Origin: Oscillospiraceae bacterium
Lineage (GTDB): Bacteria > Bacillota > Clostridia > Oscillospirales > CAG-272
Length of the DNA: 64,000 nucleotides
Assembly: GCA_015064445.1 (NCBI GenBank)
Contig: SVSE01000001.1
Coordinates: 277,789 to 341,788 of the forward strand
Reading direction: 5' to 3'
Shown: piece after piece, positions 25,393 to 36,472 of the stretch
Layout: the number at the start of each line of letters is the position of its first letter
How positions within the stretch are numbered: position 1 is the first letter of the stretch
The notes under the pieces: generated by a model
Told to the model about the DNA's origin: nothing
The model's input: the letters and a program-made list of their open reading frames with translations, nothing else
Databases searched by the model: none
Position numbers and translations under genes: made by a program

Positions 25393-28131
25393 TTATTCTC
25401 CGCTTTGGCTTGCGCCACAGCATTTTTTGTATTTTTTGCCACTTCCACAAGGACAAGGATCGTTTCTGCCGACCTTTTGTTCAACTCTTACAGGCTGTGC
25501 TGTGCGAACAACTCTCTTCTCTGCAGAGCCAAACTTCATAAAGCCCTCGTCACTTGGTCTTACAACCTGAACACGCTTCATAGGCTGTGCCTTTGGAACT
25601 GCGCTCAAAATACCTCTTACTGTATCATCACGAATAGCCAAAACCATTTCATCAAAGAGGTCTGCACCTGCGATTTTATACTCGTTGATAGGATTTCTTT
25701 GAGCATAGGATTGAAGTCCGATGCTATCTCTCAAATCGTCCATAGCCTCGAGATGATCCATCCATTTTTCATCAACATTGCGCAGCAAAATAACTCGTTC
25801 AAGCTCTCTTGCTCCCTCCTCGCCGAAGAGTTGTTCCTTGCTTTCCCAGAGAGCGATTGCTCTTTCAAGAAGAGTGTTAAGGATTACATCCTTATCCTCG
25901 TCGGAATTGAAATCATCAGATGAGCAAAGGAGTCCGAGGTATTTATTTTTAAGCTCAGCAAGAGCCCACTCAGAGCGCTCTCCTATTGTATGCATATCAA
26001 CAGCATCGGTAATAGTAGAGCAAATCATATTTTTAATCTTTTCCTTCAAATCAACGCCATCAAGAACATCAGCTCTTTGAGAATATATAACATTTCTCTG
26101 CTGATTCATAACATCGTCGTATGAAAGAACTGTTTTACGCCTTTGGAAATTGCGGTCCTCAAGACGCTTTTGAGCATTCTCAATAGTTCCAGAAAGGATT
26201 TTTGCATCGATAGGAGTGTCCTCATCAAGACCAAGTCTATTAACAATGCCTATCATTCTATCGCTACCGAAAAGGCGCATAAGATCATCCTCAAAGGACA
26301 AGAAAAATCTTGATTCACCAGGGTCTCCCTGACGGCCAGAGCGTCCTCTTAGCTGGTTATCAATACGACGGCTCTCGTGGCGCTCAGTTCCTATGATGAA
26401 AAGTCCACCGGCTTCTCTTACCTTTTCAGCCTCTGGAGCGATTTCCTGCTTATATTTTTCGTTAAGCTCGGAAAATACGCGTCTTGCCTCAAATATTTCC
26501 TCGGAAACGGATTGAGATGAGCCTGTTGCGAGTGTTATAGTTTCGTCATCGTAGCCAAGCTTCTTCATTTCCTTTTTAGCAAGATGCTCTGCGTTACCAC
26601 CAAGCATAATGTCGGTTCCACGACCTGCCATATTGGTAGAAATGGTTACAGCACCGTATTTACCTGCATCAGAAACGATTTCTGCTTCTCTTTCGTGATG
26701 CTTTGCGTTAAGGACATTATGAGGAATGCCTACATTTTTAAGTTTTTGAGAGAGCGCCTCAGACTTTTCAACGGACACAGTACCAACAAGCACTGGCTGT
26801 CCCTTTTCGTGGCAAGCTCTAATTTGTCTTATAATAGCTCTATCCTTTGCAGCCTTAGACTTATAAACGACATCATTATAGTCAGTTCTAATCATAGGCT
26901 TATTTGTAGGAACAACTACAACATCGAGGTCGTAAATTTCTCTAAATTCCATTTCCTCAGAAAGCGCTGTACCAGTCATTCCAGAGAGCTTTTTATACAT
27001 TCTAAAATAATTTTGGAAGGTAATTGTGGCAATAGTTCTATTTTCTCTTTGAATTTTTACTCTTTCCTTTGCCTCAATTGCCTGATGCAAGCCATCAGAA
27101 TATCTTCTACCAGGCATAAGTCTACCTGTAAAGGTATCAACAATAATAACCTGACCGTCCTTTATAACATAGTCGGTATCTCTATGCATCGTGCCATGTG
27201 CCTTGATAGCCTGTTGAATGTGATGATGAAGCTCTGAGTTTTCAGGAGATGTAAGGTTTTCAATATCAAAATATTTTTCAGCCTTTGCAACACCGTGCTT
27301 AGTAAGAGTTGCTGTTCTTGCCTTTTCATCAACAATGTAATCCTGCTCAATGTCCTCGTGCTCTACCTTTAAATCGAGCTCCTTTATTACAAATTTTGAA
27401 AAATTGCGAACGAGGGCATCGGTTTTATCATAAAGCTCGGTGCTTTTTCTGCCTGCGCCTGAGATAATAAGAGGAGTTCTCGCCTCGTCGATAAGAATTG
27501 AGTCAACCTCGTCAACAATTGCAAAGGTATGTCCTCTTTGACACATATCCTGCTTATAAATAACCATATTATCACGAAGATAGTCAAAGCCGAACTCGTT
27601 ATTTGTACCATATGTGATATCGCAGTTATATGCCTTTTGCTTTTCCTCTCTTGATTGACCATGAACGATAAGTCCTGTGGAAAGCCCCAAAAATTCGTGA
27701 ATTCTTCCCATTTCCTCGCATCCAAGGCGCGCAAGATAATCGTTTACCGTAACGACATGAACACCATTTCCAGTAAGCGCATTAAGATATGATGGTAATA
27801 CTGCAACGAGAGTTTTACCTTCTCCTGTTTTCATTTCGGCAACTCTGCCCTGATGAAGCAAAATTCCACACATAAGCTGTACACGGAATGGACGCTTACC
27901 AAGAACTCTATCTGCTGCTTCTCTTACAAGTGCAAACGCCTCTGGCAAAATATCATCAAGTGTTTCACCATTTGCAAGGCGCTCCTTGAATTCATCGGTT
28001 TTTGCCCTCATTTGGCCATCGCTCATATTGGCATACTCATCGCCAAGCGCCTCTATTTGATCAACGATAGGCTCAATTTTCTTAATCTGCTTATCGCTAT
28101 ATGTTCCAAAAATTTTAGAAAAAAGTCCCAT
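25393..28131 (-). CDS. secA: Preprotein translocase ATPase SecA
   Basis: 912 aa from MGLFSKIFG. Motifs are MKTGEGKTL, DEVDSILIDEARTPLIISG, TNMAGRGTDI, and a C-terminal zinc site CPCGSGKKYKKCCG. The upstream in-frame extension to 28200 lacks an RBS. Confidence 0.97.
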   Translation of the reverse strand: MGLFSKIFGTYSDKQIKKIEPIVDQIEALGDEYANMSDGQMRAKTDEFKERLANGETLDDILPEAFALVREAADRVLGKRPFRVQLMCGILLHQGRVAEMKTGEGKTLVAVLPSYLNALTGNGVHVVTVNDYLARLGCEEMGRIHEFLGLSTGLIVHGQSREEKQKAYNCDITYGTNNEFGFDYLRDNMVIYKQDMCQRGHTFAIVDEVDSILIDEARTPLIISGAGRKSTELYDKTDALVRNFSKFVIKELDLKVEHEDIEQDYIVDEKARTATLTKHGVAKAEKYFDIENLTSPENSELHHHIQQAIKAHGTMHRDTDYVIKDGQVIIVDTFTGRLMPGRRYSDGLHQAIEAKERVKIQRENRTIATITFQNYFRMYKKLSGMTGTALSEEMEFREIYDLDVVVVPTNKPMIRTDYNDVVYKSKAAKDRAIIRQIRACHEKGQPVLVGTVSVEKSEALSQKLKNVGIPHNVLNAKHHEREAEIVSDAGKYGAVTISTNMAGRGTDIMLGGNAEHLAKKEMKKLGYDDETITLATGSSQSVSEEIFEARRVFSELNEKYKQEIAPEAEKVREAGGLFIIGTERHESRRIDNQLRGRSGRQGDPGESRFFLSFEDDLMRLFGSDRMIGIVNRLGLDEDTPIDAKILSGTIENAQKRLEDRNFQRRKTVLSYDDVMNQQRNVIYSQRADVLDGVDLKEKIKNMICSTITDAVDMHTIGERSEWALAELKNKYLGLLCSSDDFNSDEDKDVILNTLLERAIALWESKEQLFGEEGARELERVILLRNVDEKWMDHLEAMDDLRDSIGLQSYAQRNPINEYKIAGADLFDEMVLAIRDDTVRGILSAVPKAQPMKRVQVVRPSDEGFMKFGSAEKRVVRTAQPVRVEQKVGRNDPCPCGSGKKYKKCCGASQSGE

Positions 28132-28299
28132 TTTAAATTCCTTTCGGGTTTTCTGTACTTCACAACATATATAATAACACACATATTCCTTGATTTCCAT
28201 AGTTATTTTAAAATTTTATTTGGAATTTAGTTCAAAAATCATTGTTTTTTGACATTTTTAATGTTATGATAGTAGCATAAAAGCGTAAAAGGAGCTTAT

Positions 28300-28794
28300 A
28301 TGAGCAAGTTAAATATTGTATTATTAGAGCCAGAAATTCCACAAAACACAGGGAACATTGCAAGAACCTGTGCTGCCTCGGGTGCTTCTCTGCATATGAT
28401 AAAGCCATTCGGATTCAAAATTGACGATGCAAAGCTAAAGCGCGCCGGAATGGATTACTGGTATCATCTTGACATTCACTACTACGAAAATCTTGATGAA
28501 TTTTTTGAGAAAAATCCAAACGCCAACTTCTATTTATTCACAAAAAAGGCATCTAAAAAATACACCGATATTCGCTATCAAGAAAATTCATTTTTGTTTT
28601 TTGGACGCGAAAGCTGTGGCTTGCCAGAGGAGCTTTTGGCAAAATTTCCTGAAAGATGTCTTCGAATTCCTATGCGTGAGAGCTTGCGCTCTCTCAACCA
28701 GTCAAATTCAGTTGCAATTGCTGTATACGAGGTGCTTCGCCAAAAGGATTTTGATGGGCTTTCAGAAGATGGTGGTTGGATAAAAAATTCATAA
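28300..28794 (+). CDS. trmL: tRNA (cytidine/uridine-34 2'-O)-methyltransferase TrmL (SpoU/TrmH family)
   Basis: 164 aa with LLEPEIPQNTGNIARTC, FGRESCGLP and SLNQSNSVAIAVYE SPOUT knot motifs. Confidence 0.85.
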   Translation: MSKLNIVLLEPEIPQNTGNIARTCAASGASLHMIKPFGFKIDDAKLKRAGMDYWYHLDIHYYENLDEFFEKNPNANFYLFTKKASKKYTDIRYQENSFLFFGRESCGLPEELLAKFPERCLRIPMRESLRSLNQSNSVAIAVYEVLRQKDFDGLSEDGGWIKNS

Positions 28795-28795
28795 T

Positions 28796-28840
28796 ATTTT
28801 GAATTTTTGAATTTTTGAATTTGGAAATTGTTAAATTTGT
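28796..28840. repeat. AT-rich GAATTT(TT) tandem motif cluster (locus B)
   Basis: GAATTTTT GAATTTTT GAATTTGG starting at 28801, then AAATTG and TTAAATTTG. Same motif family as loci A, C and D. Confidence 0.4.
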
Positions 28841-28875
28841 TTACTCACTCTATTCTTCAAAGAAGAATTTAATAG

Positions 28876-28902
28876 AAAAAGTGCTTCAATGAAGCACTTT
28901 TT
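28876..28902. terminator. Bidirectional rho-independent terminator
   Basis: AAAAAGTGCTTCAATGAAGCACTTTTT between convergent trmL and dpaB. Confidence 0.8.
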
Positions 28903-28903
28903 C

Positions 28904-29464
28904 TTAGATAAATAATGGTCTTAATTGCTTTGCGTCAAGAGCATAAGAGAGCGTTTGTGAAACAAGAGAAAACTCTGATATAAGAGAGTGTGGTTTTCTC
29001 GTTGGATCATCCTGCTTCATAGGCACAAAATACACACATTTACGCTCTAAAAGTATGCTTATATTTTGCAAGTTTGCACTCAATGCGTCGTTTGAGCAAA
29101 GTGCTATTACAAGAGGTCTGTCGGCACGAAGATGCGCCTTGGCTGTCATAGTAACTGCGGTGTCAGTTATTCCTCTTGCAATCTTTGCGAGTGTGTTACC
29201 CGTACAAGGAGCTATTATTAAGGCGTCAAGAGCTATTTTTGGTCCTAAGGGCTCTGCATCGACAATCGTGTGAATTACCTCTCTGCCCGTTATTTGCTCC
29301 ACCTTTTTTATAAAATCATCAGCCGAGCCAAAGCGCGTGCTTGTTGCATATACATTTTCGCTCATTATTGGCAAAATATCGTAGCCCTGATTTTTTAATT
29401 TTTTTAGCTCCTCTAAACTCTGTGCATGAGTGCAAAAGGAACCGCAAAACGCGTATCCTATCAT
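28904..29464 (-). CDS. dpaB: Dipicolinate synthase subunit B (SpoVFB, flavoprotein family)
   Basis: 186 aa from MIGYAFCGSFCT. It has a flavoprotein fold pattern (IIAPCTGNTLAKIA) and starts 1 nt after the dpaA stop. Confidence 0.8.
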   Translation of the reverse strand: MIGYAFCGSFCTHAQSLEELKKLKNQGYDILPIMSENVYATSTRFGSADDFIKKVEQITGREVIHTIVDAEPLGPKIALDALIIAPCTGNTLAKIARGITDTAVTMTAKAHLRADRPLVIALCSNDALSANLQNISILLERKCVYFVPMKQDDPTRKPHSLISEFSLVSQTLSYALDAKQLRPLFI

Positions 29465-29465
29465 A

Positions 29466-30215
29466 CTACTTCCTTTCCTTAGAAACATAGTCGTATACGA
29501 ATTCAAATATCGCTCTTCCTGCGCTTACAGGCTTCATTTTCCCCGGTAAAGCAAGTGCCCTCTCGGGAAATGTGCCATCCTCAAAGCCTCCTGGAAGTGA
29601 TGCTAAATCAAGAACAATGCTTTCTCTTGAAATTTTATCACTTTCCACCCTTGAAATAATCGGGGACGGAGCGGTGTTGAAAACAACATCATAATAGTTC
29701 TTTGTAAGACTCGATATAGGGTATGCCCTATAGCCTTTCTCGATTGCCTCTATTCTGCTTTCCTCTCGTCTTGCGAAAACTGTAACAGAAGCGCCAAGAG
29801 CCTTTAACAGCTTACAAAGATGCTTTCCTATTCTACCATAGCCTATAATTGCCGTAGATGTCTTTGACAACACCTTTCCAAGCCGACTTAACACAATGGA
29901 GATAGCGCATTCGGCAGTTATATATGCGTTCTTATCTAAAAAGCTCTCATCCTGAGAGTAATCAATAATTCTTCCATTGAAAAGCTTTCTTACCCTATCA
30001 CTATCTCCACAAAAAACAAAAGCACTGCTTTTAAGTCCTTGGAAAATTCTTGAAAATTCCTCGTCACTAAGAGTGCTTTTGATTGGCAATATTAATATAT
30101 CTGGGCTTTTGACCATATTTGGTGTACAAATGCTTGATTTAAAGCCCTTTTCATTTAACATACCGTTAACAGTCACATATCTTGCATCCGAGGAAACAAT
30201 ATTAACTTCGTTCAT
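29466..30215 (-). CDS. dpaA: Dipicolinate synthase subunit A (SpoVFA), short form
   Basis: 249 aa with NAD-binding IIGYGRIGKHLCKLLKALGASVTVFARR. It is paired with dpaB. Confidence 0.75.
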   Translation of the reverse strand: MNEVNIVSSDARYVTVNGMLNEKGFKSSICTPNMVKSPDILILPIKSTLSDEEFSRIFQGLKSSAFVFCGDSDRVRKLFNGRIIDYSQDESFLDKNAYITAECAISIVLSRLGKVLSKTSTAIIGYGRIGKHLCKLLKALGASVTVFARREESRIEAIEKGYRAYPISSLTKNYYDVVFNTAPSPIISRVESDKISRESIVLDLASLPGGFEDGTFPERALALPGKMKPVSAGRAIFEFVYDYVSKERK

Positions 30216-30256
30216 ATACTTTCCTTAAATGTTATTTGAGAAATAATTCTCATTTA

Positions 30257-30283
30257 TATAATATGCGACTCGGGAAAATCGGT
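30257..30283 (-). promoter_or_regulatory. Candidate sigma-K type promoter upstream of dpaA-dpaB
   Basis: On the minus strand: AC, a 16-nt spacer, then CATATTATA, which matches the B. subtilis sigma-K consensus AC-16/17-CATAnnnTA. spoVF is sigma-K dependent in Bacillus. Confidence 0.4.
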
Positions 30284-30284
30284 A

Positions 30285-31025
30285 TTATTTTTTATTCTTG
30301 GCAATAAGCATATTTATCTTAAAGCCCTTTTCGGTAAAATTACGCTCGTATTCGGTTTGAATATTCGTTGCGTTCATATCAGATGCGTGAAGGTCATAGG
30401 TCTTATATTCCAAGTCGAAGCACGACTCCTCTACCTGCTCAACTGAAAAGTCAAACAATTCCCTGTTGTCAGTTTTAAAGAACACCTTTCCACCGTTTAC
30501 GAGTATTCTTGAATACATATTCAAAAAGTTAATGTGAGTAAGACGGCGCTTTGCATATCCCTTCTTGCCCCAAGGATCACAAAAGTTTATGTATATAGCA
30601 TCAACTGAGTTGTCAGGAAAATCACACAAAATTTGTGATGCATCTCCTACTGTAAAACGTACATTTCCCCTCTGTTCATCTGTAAAAGGCACGCTATCTC
30701 CACCAAGAGGATATTTAACACCATCGGGAGTCATCCATCCACCATTAGGAGCAAGATTGCCGAGACCACGAGAGGTTGCATAGTTTTCAACAGCAAGAGT
30801 ACAAACATCTGCGATTTTTTCAATTGCGAGATAGTTGTAATCCTTTTCCTGAACGCTCTTTCCTCTTACAAAATCTCCCTTACCACATCCTATTTCGATT
30901 CGAAGTGGATTTGAATTTGCGTATTCTGCCTCTACATTTTTAACAAGCTCGCTTGGATTTTGAGTAGTAAGTGCAGAAAGTAATGATAATCTTTCGCCTC
31001 CGTGGCGCTTTTTTTTCATTCTCAT
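30285..31025 (-). CDS. trmB: tRNA (guanine46-N7)-methyltransferase TrmB, with a ~35-aa insertion
   Basis: It has an MRMKKKRHG start (B. subtilis has MRMRHKPW), the SAM motif IEIGCGKGDF, FCDPWGKKGYAKRRL (canonical: SDPWPKKRH), FKTDN and TEYE. Confidence 0.8.
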   Translation of the reverse strand: MRMKKKRHGGERLSLLSALTTQNPSELVKNVEAEYANSNPLRIEIGCGKGDFVRGKSVQEKDYNYLAIEKIADVCTLAVENYATSRGLGNLAPNGGWMTPDGVKYPLGGDSVPFTDEQRGNVRFTVGDASQILCDFPDNSVDAIYINFCDPWGKKGYAKRRLTHINFLNMYSRILVNGGKVFFKTDNRELFDFSVEQVEESCFDLEYKTYDLHASDMNATNIQTEYERNFTEKGFKINMLIAKNKK

Positions 31026-31127
31026 ATTGAATTTTTCTCCGTTTTTTGATAAAATAACTGTAACACACTATATATTAACACATTTCTTTTGAAATTTGTA
31101 TAATATTTTCGATAAAAGGAGAATTTT

Positions 31128-31385
31128 ATGAAATATTCTTTTAGAACAAGGGGCGTTTGCGCAAGAAATATCAGCTTTGAGCTTGAGGACGGAATTGTTA
31201 AGGATGTAAGCTTTATGGGTGGCTGTAATGGTAATCTCAAGGCTATTTCCAAGCTCATAAACGGTATGGAAGCGCAAAAGGTTATAGATATTCTTAGAGG
31301 CAATGACTGTGGTGGTCGTGGAACTTCGTGTGCTGATCAGCTTGCTATTGCGTTAGAGGAAGCTATGAAGGCTGGTAATAACTGA
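31128..31385 (+). CDS. TIGR03905-family 4-Cys (TSCPD-type) small protein
   Basis: 85 aa: RGVCARNISFELEDG.VKDVSFMGGCNGNLKAISKL..G......I..L.GNDCGGRGTSCADQLA. Its stop overlaps the polA start (TGATG). Confidence 0.75.
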   Translation: MKYSFRTRGVCARNISFELEDGIVKDVSFMGGCNGNLKAISKLINGMEAQKVIDILRGNDCGGRGTSCADQLAIALEEAMKAGNN

Positions 31386-33889
31386 TGAAAAAGCTTCTTA
31401 TAGTAGACGGTAACAGTATTCTCAACCGCGCTTTTTACGGAATAAGACCTCTTTCTAACAAGGAAGGGATTCCGACAAACGCTGTTTATGGAATGCTAAC
31501 TATTTTAAAAAGACATCTTGATAATTTGAAGCCCGACTACGCAGTTGTGGCTTTTGACTTGCGCGCTAAAACATTTAGACATAAGGCGTGCGACTTTTAC
31601 AAGGCAAATAGAAAGCCTATGCCAGAGGAGCTTGCAGTTCAGCTTCCATATGCCAAGGAGGCGGTAAAATCGCTTGGGTTTAATGTTGTAGAGCTCGAGG
31701 GCTACGAAGCAGACGATGTTATCGGCACTGTTTCTCGTATCGCTATGCAGGATATGGACATTCACTCCTACATTCTCACAGGAGATAGAGACTCGCTTCA
31801 GCTTATAAACGCATCCTGCTCTGTCATTCTCGTTAAAACAAAGGAGGATATCGTTTACGACACGGACAAGTTCTGTGAGGAATTCGGTGTTACTCCTACT
31901 CAATTTATAGATGTAAAGGCAATAATGGGCGACTCATCAGACAACATTCCAGGTATTACTGGAATTGGCGAAAAGGGCGCATTCAAGCTCATCTCCGACT
32001 TTGGCTCTCTTGATGAGATATATGAAAATTATAAAGAAGCATCTATTTCTGACGGTCTTAAGGCAAAGATAGAAAATGGCAAGGAAATGGCATTTGTTTC
32101 AAGGTTTCTTGCAACTATTGTATGTGATGCGCCTATCGGCAAGGAAATACACGATTTTGAGTATCGTGGTATTGATGCAGAGCTCGCTTCCGACCTTTTC
32201 TTAAAGCTTGAATTTGAGAGCCTTTTGAAAAAATTCAATATTGAATTTGATCCTTCAAAAAGAACTGAGGCTCGCGCTGGCATTAACAGTGCGTCTATGG
32301 CCGATGCATTCTCTATCGGTGTCCTTGATGACATTAAGGACGAGCTTGTTTCAATTTACAATCACGACGGAAAGCTATACATTTATACCGACAAATACAA
32401 CTTCTTCTACGATGGTGATGATATAGCTGATTTTCTAACTAGTAATAGGATAATTTGCCACGACATCAAGGCTTGGTCAAGGGATTACAGGTTCGATTGC
32501 GTATTTGATGTTATGCTCGCATCCTACCTTGTATCTCCGTCCGACTCGTCTTACGGTCTTGACAGCCTTTGTATTAAGTATCTTGCAACAGAATTCAAGC
32601 ACGAGCATGGTGCACAACTCATTTATGAACTTTATCGTGTGTTAGACGAGGAGCTTAAAAAAATAGACGCAAAAAAGATTCTTACCGACATAGAAATCCC
32701 ACTTGCAAAGGTGCTTGCCTCTATGGAAAAGGAGGGCTTTTTGGTTGATACCGAGGGACTCAAATCCTATTCCGAGGTTTTATCATCTATGGCAGAGGAT
32801 TTCAAGCAAAGAATTTATATGCTTGCAGGAGAAGAATTTAACATAAATTCTCCAAAACAGCTTGGTGAGGTTCTTTTTGAGAGAATGGGTCTTGCGCACG
32901 GCAAGAAAAACAAAAATGGATATTCAACCGATGCGCATGTTTTAGAGGAATTGCGCTCCGAATCGCCTATAATAGACGAAATTTTGGAATACAGACAAAT
33001 TATGAAGCTCAAAAGCACCTATTGCGAGGGACTTTTGAAGGTTGCAGGACCTGACGGCAGAATTCACTCTACCTTTAATCAAACAGTTACTGTGACCGGC
33101 AGGCTTTCCTCCTCTGAGCCTAATTTACAGAATATTCCTATTAGAACAGAGCTTGGTAAGCAATTCAGAAAATATTTCATTCCAAAAAATGATGAATATG
33201 TTTTGATTGATGCCGACTATTCTCAAATCGAGTTAAAGGTGCTTGCTCATCTTTCGGGCGATGCAAATATGATTTATGCCTTTAATTCAGGTATGGATAT
33301 ACACACTATGACTGCGTCACAGGTATTTAATATACCTGCTGAGATGATTACGCCTGAGCTAAGAAAGCGTGCAAAGACTGTAAACTTCGGTATTGTTTAC
33401 GGCATTGGCGACTTCTCTCTTGCTAAGGACCTTCATATTACTAAAAAAGAAGCAAAGAATTATATTGATAGCTATTTTGCGACATATCCAGATGTGCACG
33501 CATACATTCAACGCTTGATTGAGAGTGCAAAGGAAAAGGGATATGCAGAAACTATGTTTGGCCGTCGTAGATACATTCCAGAGCTTCAATCAAAGAACTT
33601 CAATATTCGTGCCTTTGGAGAGCGCGTTGCAATGAACTCTCCTATTCAAGGAAGTGCTGCTGATATTATTAAAATTGCTATGATACGGGTTCAAAAAGCT
33701 CTCAAAGAAGCAAGAATTGATGCAAAGCTCATTCTACAAGTGCACGACGAGCTTATAATTGAGGCTCACGCATCTTGCGCTGATAAGGCAAGAGAAATTC
33801 TTCAAAAGGAAATGGAGAGCGCAACCAAGCTTCTCGCTCCTCTCACCGCTGATACCGGTGTTGGTAAAACTTGGCTTGACGCAAAATAA
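31385..33889 (+). CDS. polA: DNA polymerase I
   Basis: 834 aa with a 5'-nuclease N-terminus (LLIVDGNSILNRAFYG; GDSSDNIPG), motif A DYSQIELKVLAH, motif B RKRAKTVNFGIVYG and motif C QVHDELI. Confidence 0.96.
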   Translation: MKKLLIVDGNSILNRAFYGIRPLSNKEGIPTNAVYGMLTILKRHLDNLKPDYAVVAFDLRAKTFRHKACDFYKANRKPMPEELAVQLPYAKEAVKSLGFNVVELEGYEADDVIGTVSRIAMQDMDIHSYILTGDRDSLQLINASCSVILVKTKEDIVYDTDKFCEEFGVTPTQFIDVKAIMGDSSDNIPGITGIGEKGAFKLISDFGSLDEIYENYKEASISDGLKAKIENGKEMAFVSRFLATIVCDAPIGKEIHDFEYRGIDAELASDLFLKLEFESLLKKFNIEFDPSKRTEARAGINSASMADAFSIGVLDDIKDELVSIYNHDGKLYIYTDKYNFFYDGDDIADFLTSNRIICHDIKAWSRDYRFDCVFDVMLASYLVSPSDSSYGLDSLCIKYLATEFKHEHGAQLIYELYRVLDEELKKIDAKKILTDIEIPLAKVLASMEKEGFLVDTEGLKSYSEVLSSMAEDFKQRIYMLAGEEFNINSPKQLGEVLFERMGLAHGKKNKNGYSTDAHVLEELRSESPIIDEILEYRQIMKLKSTYCEGLLKVAGPDGRIHSTFNQTVTVTGRLSSSEPNLQNIPIRTELGKQFRKYFIPKNDEYVLIDADYSQIELKVLAHLSGDANMIYAFNSGMDIHTMTASQVFNIPAEMITPELRKRAKTVNFGIVYGIGDFSLAKDLHITKKEAKNYIDSYFATYPDVHAYIQRLIESAKEKGYAETMFGRRRYIPELQSKNFNIRAFGERVAMNSPIQGSAADIIKIAMIRVQKALKEARIDAKLILQVHDELIIEAHASCADKAREILQKEMESATKLLAPLTADTGVGKTWLDAK

Positions 33890-33890
33890 T

Positions 33891-34760
33891 ATGAAAGACA
33901 CTATTTTAGCCCCCGCAAAGGTAAATTTGTACCTTGATGTGCTATCAAGACGCGAGGACGGATACCACGAAATTGAGTCTGTTATGCAGTCCATATCGCT
34001 TTGCGATAAGGTTTCAATTAATATAGAAAAGTCAAGCGACCTACAAATAAGCATTGATGGCACAAGCGAGTCGATTGCATGGGATGAAAAAAATCTTGCT
34101 TATAAAGCCTGTGTACTCTTTCTAAACGAGGCAAAAACAAGCAATTATAAAATTGATATTTTCGTTGAAAAGAATATTCCTATTTCAGCAGGAATGGCAG
34201 GTGGAAGCACCGATGCTGGTGCAGTATTATTACTTTTAAATCGAGCCTTTGGAGAGCCTTTTTCAAAGGAAGAGCTCTGCACGCTTGGTGCAAGAATCGG
34301 TGCAGATGTGCCCTTTTGCATTTTAGGTGGAACCTGTCTTTGCAAGGGAATCGGAGATTCTCTTGTGCCTCTCAAGGCCTTCAAGGACAAGCTTTTGGTT
34401 TGTGCAATAGACAAGTCAAGCGTTTCTACCCCTGTTGCTTATTCAATGCTCGACAAAAAATATGGCACAAGTGCAAGTTGCTCATCAAATCTTGACGCAT
34501 TTTTGACATATGTAGAAAATGACAATTTAAATGGCGTTTCTTCTTCTCTTTTTAATAAATTTGAGAGCGTTATCATTCCTGAAAATACATCGATTTTGAA
34601 GATCAAGGAGTTGCTTTTAAAAAATGGCGCGCTTGGTGCGCTTATGAGTGGAAGTGGCCCATCGGTTTTTGGCGTTTTTGAAAACGAAAATGACCAAAAA
34701 AGAGCCTTTGATGCCTTGCAAAATGAAAAAATTCAAGCTTTTTTATGTAAAACGCTTTGA
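33891..34760 (+). CDS. ispE: 4-diphosphocytidyl-2-C-methyl-D-erythritol kinase
   Basis: 289 aa from MKDTILAPAKVNLYLDV. The GHMP kinase motif is PISAGMAGGSTDAGA. The ATG lies 1 nt after the polA stop. The track ORF start at 33759 lies inside polA. Confidence 0.9.
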   Translation: MKDTILAPAKVNLYLDVLSRREDGYHEIESVMQSISLCDKVSINIEKSSDLQISIDGTSESIAWDEKNLAYKACVLFLNEAKTSNYKIDIFVEKNIPISAGMAGGSTDAGAVLLLLNRAFGEPFSKEELCTLGARIGADVPFCILGGTCLCKGIGDSLVPLKAFKDKLLVCAIDKSSVSTPVAYSMLDKKYGTSASCSSNLDAFLTYVENDNLNGVSSSLFNKFESVIIPENTSILKIKELLLKNGALGALMSGSGPSVFGVFENENDQKRAFDALQNEKIQAFLCKTL

Positions 34761-34785
34761 TTTTAGATTTTTTTCGCTTTTTTTG

Positions 34786-36339
<1,554 letters not shown>

Positions 36340-36343
36340 TATG

Positions 36344-36373
36344 AAATCGGGCGAATTTCGCCCGATTTTTTTA
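36344..36373 (+). terminator. Rho-independent terminator after guaB
   Basis: AAATCGGGCGaattTCGCCCGATTT followed by TTTTT. Confidence 0.85.
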
Positions 36374-36411
36374 TTATTATATAAAAATAACTTAAATTTT
36401 TGTTTTATCTA

Positions 36412-36440
36412 TTGACTTGCATTTTAAAATAGTTTAAAAT
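36412..36440 (+). promoter_or_regulatory. Sigma-A type promoter for the AI-2E transporter gene
   Basis: TTGACT, a 17-nt spacer, then TAAAAT. Confidence 0.55.
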
Positions 36441-36472
36441 AAGATTGAAAAATTATGAAATGGAGTATGGCG

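Noticed and set aside
25405-27237. Long plus-strand ORFs inside secA (172, 100 and 217 aa). Similar antisense ORFs occur inside cdaA (2547-3050), the ATPase-like gene (46106-46609), rlmB (48472-48975), guaB (35782-36243) and lon (57310-57786).
   Set aside because: All lie fully inside strongly supported genes on the opposite strand and lack RBSs and recognisable motifs. They are treated as shadow ORFs.
28796-28840. Tandem GAATTTTT repeats considered as a possible CRISPR or minisatellite
   Set aside because: There are only three 8-nt units with no spacers and no cas genes. It is reported instead as part of the AT-rich motif family.
31022-31303. 93-aa and 69-aa minus-strand ORFs upstream of trmB
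   Set aside because: They overlap the well-supported TIGR03905 gene on the other strand and the trmB/TIGR03905 divergent promoter region. Their translations are low-complexity with no motifs.
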